Origin: Candidatus Gottesmanbacteria bacterium GW2011_GWC1_43_10
GTDB lineage: Bacteria; Patescibacteriota; Microgenomatia; UBA10105
Direction of reading: 5' to 3'
Assembly (NCBI GenBank): GCA_000995415.1
Contig: LCEX01000002.1
Location: 19,232 to 83,231 of the forward strand
DNA length: 64,000 nucleotides
Positions 57,238-64,000 of the stretch are shown here, piece after piece (the stretch's first letter is position 1; each line of letters starts with the position of its first letter). Position numbers and translations under genes: made by a program. The notes under the pieces are model-generated. The model was not told the DNA's origin, did not search any database, and worked only from the letters and a program-made list of their open reading frames with translations.

Positions 57238-58221
57238 TTAAGTAGTGGGAAAAGACAAAGTAAATCTTGTCCCTTGATTGATCTGGCTTGCGACGGAAAT
57301 TTTCCCGTGGTGGGCATCCACGATTTTTTGTGCGATGGCCAGGCCTAAACCCGCGCCTTTGGTGGAAATTTCTTGCGGACGGAGCACGCGATAAAAACGC
57401 TCAAAAATATGTGGCAGATCGGATTCGGGGATCCCATAGCCGGTATCGTTGATAGTTACTTCCGCTTGGCGCTTTTTCGCTAAAACATTCAGTTTCACCT
57501 GCCCCTTTGGCGGCGTATATTTGAGGGCGTTATCCAGAAGGATCAAAACCACTTGTTTTAGTTCTTCAGGATTACCCAAAATTTGTACCGGTTTACCTTC
57601 TGACGTGAGTTCGATTTCTTTTTCTGTGGCAATTTTCTGCATCTGCCTTACACCATCTTGACTAACTGCCAATAGATCCACCGCAGAAAAAGTTTTTTGA
57701 GCATCTGATGACTCACCGCGAACCACTGTCAGCAGTCCATCAACGATTTGCTTCATGCGTGCGACTTCCGCTTGGACACTTTTAAAAACCTGAATATATC
57801 GCGAGGGCAGTTTTTTTTCCGTACGCTTGAGTGCTTCGATTTCCATAGCGATAGTAGTGAGAGGCGTCCGTAGTTCATGCGAAGCATCTGCTGCAAACTC
57901 TTCTTGTTTCTTGATCATCTCCTGGATCGGGTCAAGTGTGATACCGCTTAAAAAATAGCTGCCGATGCTGCCAAAAATAAAAAGAATGATGTCTAAGGCA
58001 AGGAGGCGCGTTTGAAATTTAAATTCAAATTCGGCGATGCGGGTTTCCAAAAGTTGGGTCAGTTTGGGCCGCTCGCGTGGATTGCCCAGGGCTTGTTGGA
58101 TGCGGTTAAACGCTTGACTTTCGGCATTCACTGCGGCCAAAGATGAAAGGGTCAGAAGTAGCGCAATGATCGCGATATACCACAGCGTGAGTTTGATTCT
58201 GGCAGTTTGAAAAGCTTTCAT
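57238..58221 (-). CDS. Sensor histidine kinase
   Basis: H-box ASHELRTPLT; N-box LDNALKYT; G-boxes DTGYGIPESDL and GAGLGLAIAQ; N-terminal TM segments. Confidence 0.85.
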   Translation of the reverse strand: MKAFQTARIKLTLWYIAIIALLLTLSSLAAVNAESQAFNRIQQALGNPRERPKLTQLLETRIAEFEFKFQTRLLALDIILFIFGSIGSYFLSGITLDPIQEMIKKQEEFAADASHELRTPLTTIAMEIEALKRTEKKLPSRYIQVFKSVQAEVARMKQIVDGLLTVVRGESSDAQKTFSAVDLLAVSQDGVRQMQKIATEKEIELTSEGKPVQILGNPEELKQVVLILLDNALKYTPPKGQVKLNVLAKKRQAEVTINDTGYGIPESDLPHIFERFYRVLRPQEISTKGAGLGLAIAQKIVDAHHGKISVASQINQGTRFTLSFPTT

Positions 58222-58895
58222 GGGTTTCCCAATTTATATCCTAAACCTTTGACCGTGTGAATTAAAGGTGGTTCTTTGGGGTATGCGCGGTCAATTTTAT
58301 TACGTAAATAACCGATATATACATCGACCACATTGGAAAACGGATCGGTGTCCATATCCCAGACATGCTCAAGGATTTGGGTTTTAGATAAAATTTGTTT
58401 GGGATGACGCATCAAATATTCTAAAAGAGCATATTCTTTGGCGCTCAAAGCGATGTCTCTATCTCCGCGCGTGACTGTGTGAGCTGCCGGGTCAAGTCGG
58501 AGTGAATCGATTTGTAACACAGGTTCTGGTTGTACCTGTTCGCGGCGCAGGAGTGCTCGGATCCGAGCCAGCAGTTCTTCAAAATCAAAAGGTTTCACCA
58601 GATAATCGTCAGCACCACTATCAAGACCTTGGATTTTATTGTGAGTGGCATCCCGGGCGGTCAGCATCAGGATCGGGGTAGTGATTTTTTCCTGGCGGAG
58701 TTTTTGGCAAACCGTAACCCCATCCATTTTCGGCAGTCCTAAGTCCAAGATGATCAGGTCGTAAGGTTCCACTGCAGCTGTCTCATATCCGGATTCACCA
58801 TCATTTACGATATCCACTGCATAACTCTCTGTAGTGAGCGCCTTTTTGAGGGAAGCGGCCAGTTTGGTTTCATCTTCGATCAGTAAAATACGCAT
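58218..58895 (-). CDS. OmpR-family response regulator
   Basis: MRILLIEDE receiver domain with a D-LGLP phospho-site region and a C-terminal winged helix (LSAKEYALLEYLMRHP...GYKLG). Confidence 0.9.
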   Translation of the reverse strand: MRILLIEDETKLAASLKKALTTESYAVDIVNDGESGYETAAVEPYDLIILDLGLPKMDGVTVCQKLRQEKITTPILMLTARDATHNKIQGLDSGADDYLVKPFDFEELLARIRALLRREQVQPEPVLQIDSLRLDPAAHTVTRGDRDIALSAKEYALLEYLMRHPKQILSKTQILEHVWDMDTDPFSNVVDVYIGYLRNKIDRAYPKEPPLIHTVKGLGYKLGNP

Positions 58896-58990
58896 ATGGG
58901 AAATGGTTTATCCCGATCGTATCGGGACGACCTACTGTTTATCCGTCTGCCTTAAGTTGGAGCCCTTCCGCAGAATTGGATTGCGATCAA

Positions 58991-59012
58991 CCCTGCCTGC
59001 CGGCAGGCAGGG
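58991..59012. terminator. GC-rich palindrome CCCTGCCTGC-CG-GCAGGCAGGG downstream of tRNA-Thr
   Basis: Perfect inverted repeat with the same core as the 55791 palindrome. Confidence 0.45.
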
Positions 59013-59045
59013 GTTTATCCCAGTAAATCTCGCCTCCTGATACTG

Positions 59046-59117
59046 AGCCGCCTGTCGGGATTGAACCGACGACCTACTGTTTACAAAACAGTAGCTCTAC
59101 CACTGAGCTAAGGCGGC
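59046..59117 (-). tRNA. tRNA-Thr (anticodon UGU)
   Basis: GCCGCCT acceptor; D loop AGTGGTA; anticodon stem ACTGT/ACAGT with loop TTTGTAA; T arm GTCGG-TTCAATC-CCGAC; acceptor 3' strand AGGCGGC. Confidence 0.8.
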
Positions 59118-59823
59118 ACAAAAATTTCTAATTAACCTAATTGATCTAATTTCTAAACAATTTGAAACTTAGCAAGTTGATTAAACACTAGAAATTAGGA
59201 ATTAGTCATTACTGGCTTTTAAATTATACCATCGTTTGGAAGTTTAGAAAAACTATACAAATAAGAAGAAACTGATTTTGAAGTACCAATGACCCAACCA
59301 AATGAGCAGTGGCGAAGAACGTTTTCCCCGATAGGTCAATTGGGAAGGCGCAGTCTTGTTGTTCTTACTTGATTCAGAAACGGACAAGACAATTTGCCTC
59401 ATCTCTCCCGATTTAGTCGGGAAATACCCCATCGAGTTTTATTTTGTGGAGGAAAATTGGTTCTCTGACTGACTCGATTCAGTTGGGCAAACAAAGTTTA
59501 TAAAAAAGCAAATTGGTTGTCAACTTGACAAGTTTTCGGGTAATTGTTCAGATTTCCGATAGAAAATCGTCATCGCGAGGCTACGAAGTAGCCGCGGCGA
59601 TCTCATGAGATTGCTTCGCTACGCTCGCAATGACAAAATGTTACGTTTTCGGGTATTATTTATCAGGAAAACTGAATTAACTATTATTTATTTGTAATTG
59701 CGAGCAATAAATATTACAATTCTCTTTATTTTCTGCCCAAAGCATGATTATGGCATCTCCTGATCGTGAAGGAATCTATAGTTAACGGAAACCATTTATG
59801 AAATTACGGCGGGAAACTAACTT

Positions 59824-60522
59824 ATGTTCGACTTTGGATTTGTGATTCCTTTATATGCAGAAGCGCGACCGTTGTTGGCAAAGCTAAAAAACAGACAAAT
59901 TAAAACCACAGCTTCCAGAAAGGTCTATACAGGTTTTTTTCAAAAAAGAGAGATTAGCCTGATTGTTTGTGGTTGCGGAAAAATCAAGTCTGCTTCGGCC
60001 ACTCAATATTTGATTGATAACTATTCGGCGAAAGTATATTGTCATTTCGGAACGGCGGGTGCTATCTCGGACAAACTCAGAATAGGAGACATCGTTATTG
60101 CTGATCGGGTGATTGAACATGATGTGATTGAATTATTTCCCAAAAAAGTTCCGCCTCCGACTCATAGAATTTCTACTTCAGGCTTGATGGCACATTTGAA
60201 GAATTATAATCATTCAACGCTCATCCGGGGATCAATTCTTTCAGGGGATGAAGACGTTATCACTACAGAAAGGAAAAGAGAACTTTATAGATCATACAAA
60301 AGCTTAGCTGTCGATTGGGAGTCAGCTGGATTTGCCTTGACGTGTCAGCTGAATAAGGTAAAGGGTTATATCTTACGGGGAATCAGCGACTATGCATACG
60401 AACATACAGCTTCGGAGTATAAAAAAAATCAGAAGCTGGTTATGAAAAATATGATGGAATTGCTTTCATGCATTTTCAATAAAAACTTTGGATTAAACCA
60501 AACTGCCGGAGCCGGGAAGTAG
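59824..60522 (+). CDS. MTA/SAH nucleosidase-family enzyme (PNP/UDP phosphorylase fold; Pfs/MtnN or futalosine-hydrolase-like)
   Basis: FGFVIPLYAEARPL...LIVCGCGKIKSA...HFGTAGAIS...RGISDYAYEH align with E. coli Pfs blocks. Confidence 0.7.
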   Translation: MFDFGFVIPLYAEARPLLAKLKNRQIKTTASRKVYTGFFQKREISLIVCGCGKIKSASATQYLIDNYSAKVYCHFGTAGAISDKLRIGDIVIADRVIEHDVIELFPKKVPPPTHRISTSGLMAHLKNYNHSTLIRGSILSGDEDVITTERKRELYRSYKSLAVDWESAGFALTCQLNKVKGYILRGISDYAYEHTASEYKKNQKLVMKNMMELLSCIFNKNFGLNQTAGAGK

Positions 60523-61215
60523 GAGATTTAGGAAAAAATTGACTACGGGATTTAGGATCAGGGAGATTGGGGCCGGGCCAAACCAGGGAAAAAGTAAAAA
60601 CAGCAGAAAAATCATCCCGTAACGTTCGAGCGAATACCACTCTTTGGCTTGTTGAGGCGACAAAAATCCACCCACGATTTTGAACCCGTCCAAGGGATGA
60701 ATCGGGATCAGATTAAATACCGCCAGCACTACATTCATCACAATCAGTATTTGTAAAAAGGCAATTATCGTCACCGAGCCCACTGCCACCGCAAACGGCG
60801 TATGCGATAGGACAGGCAACTGTAGCGGAGACAAAATCCGTAGAGCTATAGAGCAAACTGTAGCCAAAAGCAAATTTGCAGCTGGACCTGCCAGAGAGAT
60901 GAGCGCCGCGTCCCTCCGGGGATTTCTTAAATTAAACGGATCAAATTGCACCGGCTTGCCCCAGCCAAAATGAACTAAAAACAGGAGAATTGTTCCCAAT
61001 GGATCCAGATGTGCCAGAGGATTTAGTGTTAGCCTGCCCTGGAGCCTGGGTGTCGGATCTCCCAGATGGTCGGCCGACCAGGCATGTGAAAATTCATGGA
61101 TGGTGATAGCCACGATGAGTGCCGCCACATAAAACAAAAACGACACAGGACTATTTAAAATATTTTCCATATCAAATTCATTGTTTAGTATACGTGATGG
61201 GAGTTTAAACGACAA
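60493..61215 (-). CDS. Peptidase M50 / site-2-protease-family membrane metalloprotease
   Basis: HEFSHAWSA (HExxH), multiple TM helices and a downstream LDG motif (IHPLDGFK). Confidence 0.8.
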   Translation of the reverse strand: MSFKLPSRILNNEFDMENILNSPVSFLFYVAALIVAITIHEFSHAWSADHLGDPTPRLQGRLTLNPLAHLDPLGTILLFLVHFGWGKPVQFDPFNLRNPRRDAALISLAGPAANLLLATVCSIALRILSPLQLPVLSHTPFAVAVGSVTIIAFLQILIVMNVVLAVFNLIPIHPLDGFKIVGGFLSPQQAKEWYSLERYGMIFLLFLLFPWFGPAPISLILNPVVNFFLNLLLPGSGSLV

Positions 61216-61230
61216 GCGGAAATAAAAGTT

Positions 61231-61551
61231 TTACCTGACTTTTTTGGGAGCAATTGTGGCTTTGGGAGCTGGACTTGTACGACAAACCCAGACGCCGCAG
61301 TTATTTTGGTCTTTGACGAACTGGACACCATATGGACAGCGTTTGGACAACTCTTCAACCAGCCTAACCTGATCAGTGCTTTGCTGTGGACAAACAAGGA
61401 GGGCCCGAGTGTCAGTACTCGTCTTTTGCATTGCTGCAGCGACCACGACTACTAGTACCAGAGCTAAAATAAGAAAGATCACAAAGTGAAGTGAGGGATT
61501 GATAGGGGAAATAAAACTGTTGCTACTGGATCTGGATTTTCTGCGTGGCAT
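61231..61551 (-). CDS. Small single-pass membrane protein with Cys-rich ectodomain, co-directional and 16 nt upstream of the M50 protease
   Basis: Basic N-terminus, TM FVIFLILALVLVVVVAAA, then CPQQ...CPYGVQFVKDQNNCGVWVC. Confidence 0.4.
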   Translation of the reverse strand: MPRRKSRSSSNSFISPINPSLHFVIFLILALVLVVVVAAAMQKTSTDTRALLVCPQQSTDQVRLVEELSKRCPYGVQFVKDQNNCGVWVCRTSPAPKATIAPKKVR

Positions 61552-61711
61552 ATGTAACCAGCGTAAAAGGTTTTCAAACTGTTGTCAAGAGAGGAAAATT
61601 ATGATAAGATATGAGTGTAAATTCGAAGTTCGAAGCACGAAATTCGAGATAAGAAGGGCAGGACAATTTAAGTTTTCGAGTTTCGATATTCGGATTTCGG
61701 ATTTTTATTTT

Positions 61712-61972
61712 ATGGCTTATCGATGTTTTAATTGTCACAAAGGTAATAAGGCAAGTACTCGCAGCCAGCACCACAAAGGGGTGGCCGGAGGTTCGTGGAA
61801 ACACAAAGCCCAAAAGTCGGTGAAGTTATTCAAAGCCAACTTGAAAAACATGCGGATGTTGGTTGATGGCACGATCCGCCGCGTCAAACTGTGTACTGAC
61901 TGCATTTCAAAACTCAAAAAAGACGGCCATCTGGGCAGCTTGACCAAAGTCCCAGTCAGAATTGCCGCCTAA
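61712..61972 (+). CDS. rpmB: 50S ribosomal protein L28 (bL28), zinc-ribbon C+ form
   Basis: MAYRCFNCHKGNKASTRSQHH...KANLK...LVDGTIRRVKLCTDCISKL aligns with bL28 (MARKCxxxGK...RSH...NL...V.G), with CxxC...CxxC present. The track ORF extends upstream to 61499, but that part is repeat-rich non-coding. Confidence 0.6.
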   Translation: MAYRCFNCHKGNKASTRSQHHKGVAGGSWKHKAQKSVKLFKANLKNMRMLVDGTIRRVKLCTDCISKLKKDGHLGSLTKVPVRIAA

Positions 61973-62024
61973 CTTCCAAAATTCTTCTTTTCATTTCTTT
62001 ACTTCAAAATTACACTCCTCTACA

Positions 62025-64000
62025 ATGAGTATACATGAACTATTGGCGTAAATTGATTTTGCGATTGTTTTTGGTTGCCAGCTTTGTCATTCTAAGTGTC
62101 AGCTTTTTAGCCAAAAAAGCTCATGCACAATGCGCTTATTCTATGCCTCCACAAGAGGCTGGTGATGCTTATATCACGAGTCCGGATGGGCATGTGACGA
62201 TAGGAGTAAGTAAACGTTACGGTGGGGGTATCGTGTACCTAAAAGACGATCGTTTACCAGCAAATACGCCTGATTTTGGCAACATCATTGATTACGGACA
62301 AGGAGGAGCTTTATTTACCACCCCTATCTGGCATTTCCCATGGAATCTCACAGAACGGCAAATGTGTTGGTTAAATCAAGATGTGCGGAGTAAATCCGGC
62401 AACGCGCCGCTAAAAAATAACGAACTTTATAACCAGATGTATGTTTTAAAAATTCCAGAATGGCAAGATACCAGTTTGTCGTGTACGGCTGCAAATTTGG
62501 ATAACGACGACTCTTGTTACTGCGGCGGAAGTTTATCTGCTCACAATCCCACCCAGGGCGGGTTTGTGGCAGAAGGCTGCTTGGGAAATATCAACCCAAC
62601 TACTGTAGCTTTGAGCAATAATGTAATCAATGTTTCTTCTCGGGAAGTCAACTTTAATTTTGGCTTTAATCCATCTCCCGGTGATTACCTCACCAACCCG
62701 ACCTATGTGAACCAGTGGCAAACTGATTTTTGGCAAGATATTTCTATTTATTTTCATCCGGTTTTGCAAGACGTGGTAGTAGTCGATACCAAGACCACTT
62801 ACTGTAAAGATAATGGTGCCAGTTGTGCCGGTAAATTTGCGGTCACTCAGGATAATCAACTCTCAACTTTATTTGCTGCTGGCAGCCAAAATCCGAATCC
62901 CAACTTTCGAGGACCATTCGGTCGGGCAGCCTACCGTAATCCCAGCGGCAACCAAATCAAAACTTTTGATGTAGCCTTAAACTGGTATTTGGGGATCCCA
63001 CTTTATTACTCTGCCTACGCCAATCTACCCCAGCAATATAAAGATTTAGGCTACAACATCGAAAATTGGGGAGCATTGCTTTACAGCTCTTCTGACCAGG
63101 GGGTGGGAATAAGTGTCGATAAATATTTGGGTATTCCACCTGTGGAACCAATCACCACTGACGGCCGACCGGGAAGTTATCTTGCTTTTAGCTGGCCGTC
63201 GCTACAAGCCAACCAACCACAACTGGACCTTTTTTCGCAGTCAGGAATTACTCGTATCAACACCGGTGGTAGTTATGGTGCAGGGCCATTTTGGGGTAAC
63301 TGGATTCCTATCGGGACCAATGAAGGGATTGTGCGTTATAAGTTTGCTCCTGGCGCCTGGTATAGTTTTCGCACATTTGTAGCTACCGGTAATCTAAAAG
63401 ACAATGATCCACAAGGACAGGATTTAAGATGGAAATTGGTGCGAGCGCAAGATTCCAACTTTTGGTACCCGCAAACCCCAATCAGAAATGAAATTTTCGG
63501 TTATGTAGATAGTTTGAGTTGTACTTACAACGGAGGTTGGGTACACGATAGTCGTACTTCCGATCCTATTAATGTCCGTTTGGATATTTATCCTGACCAA
63601 GAACCACAATCTAAGTTTTCACTAACTACACCGGCCAATAATGTGCGATCGGACTTAGTCGGAGCTTGCCCGCCAAATGGGGCTTGTGCCTATGGATTGA
63701 CAATAGGAACGTTGCCTGGAAATTTTGCCGGAAAGATGTTACGAGCGGATATATACGGAGTGACTGCCGACGGCCAAAACCGGATTTATCATACACTTTC
63801 AAATGTGATCGGACCGTGTACAAACGTCGGCAATACTTCTCCCACTCCATCACCAACAGCCTTTCCTACTCCGACACCTTCACCATCATATTCTTCGCAA
63901 GATCTAAAGAACTTATTTTTTAATTATTTAACTTCTGCCGATAGGAGTTTTCGGCCGAAGGACGAAAAGGTTAACCTGCTGGATGGCGGATACGTGATAC
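62025..64000 (+). CDS. Secreted Cys-rich protein of unknown function, 3' end beyond window
   Basis: ATG at 62025 gives a signal peptide MNYWRKLILRLFLVASFVILSVSFLAKKAHA. The frame stays open to position 64000 with no stop, so it is absent from the complete-ORF track. Has a P/T/S linker near the end. Confidence 0.55.

Noticed and set aside
61499-61711. N-terminal 71-aa extension of the rpmB ORF (MIGEIKLLLLDLDFL...)
   Set aside because: bL28 homology begins exactly at MAYRC (61712). The upstream part is simple-repeat DNA and overlaps the start of the divergent 106-aa gene.
1-64000. Possibility of an alternative genetic code (UGA recoded), as in some CPR lineages
   Set aside because: TGA terminates conserved genes at their natural ends (flippase 2174-2176, methyltransferase 4441-4443, membrane protein 12756-12758). 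Reading through would fuse unrelated frames, so the standard bacterial code fits.
1-64000. rRNA genes, tmRNA, RNase P RNA and SRP RNA
   Set aside because: No conserved signature strings were found by eye. These include tmRNA tag/3' CCA-arm motifs, P4 AGGAAAGUCCGG and SRP GGAAGCAGCC. The only RNA genes supported are the two tRNAs and the tRNA-like halves.

Overview
This 64-kb window reads as a compact bacterial contig: standard genetic code, many 4-bp overlapping genes, abundant GT2/GT4 enzymes and large polytopic membrane proteins, an OmpR/histidine-kinase two-component pair, and a C4-zinc form of ribosomal protein L28. The style resembles CPR/Patescibacteria genomes, but that is an inference only. 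Three blocks are visible.

(1) Positions 1 to about 44,800 form one very large surface-glycan / glycosylation supercluster. It holds a Wzx flippase, at least 10 GT2/GT4 glycosyltransferases (one MTase-GT2 fusion, one double-GT4 fusion), four DE-motif GT-C membrane glycosyltransferases, and three paralogous ~950-aa polytopic membrane proteins (two in tandem). It also holds eight SAM-methyltransferase domains, two carbamoyltransferases (one N-domain only), a WbpB/WbpE/WbpD-like 3-acetamido-sugar triad, an RmlD-like reductase and a sulfatase-like membrane enzyme. It is followed by a 1,000-aa S/T-rich FN3-repeat surface protein.

(2) Positions about 48,035 to 54,562 look like an accessory island. 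It carries a DUF4143 AAA+ ATPase, an unusual primase-polymerase (AEP-like) plus SF2 helicase fusion, and three ORFans. It abuts a peculiar tRNA locus in which a complete tRNA-Tyr(GUA)-like gene sits inside the anticodon region of a second, split tRNA-like gene, with further tRNA-derived fragments nearby.

(3) Positions about 54,600 to 64,000 hold housekeeping genes: cyclophilin, a DUF559 endonuclease flanked by a hairpin family, SIS-type PGI/PMI, a histidine-kinase/response-regulator pair, tRNA-Thr, an MTA/SAH-nucleosidase-family enzyme, an S2P protease with a small Cys-rich partner, rpmB, and a secreted protein running off the window.

All calls are from reading motifs by eye. No searches were run, and all start sites are provisional.
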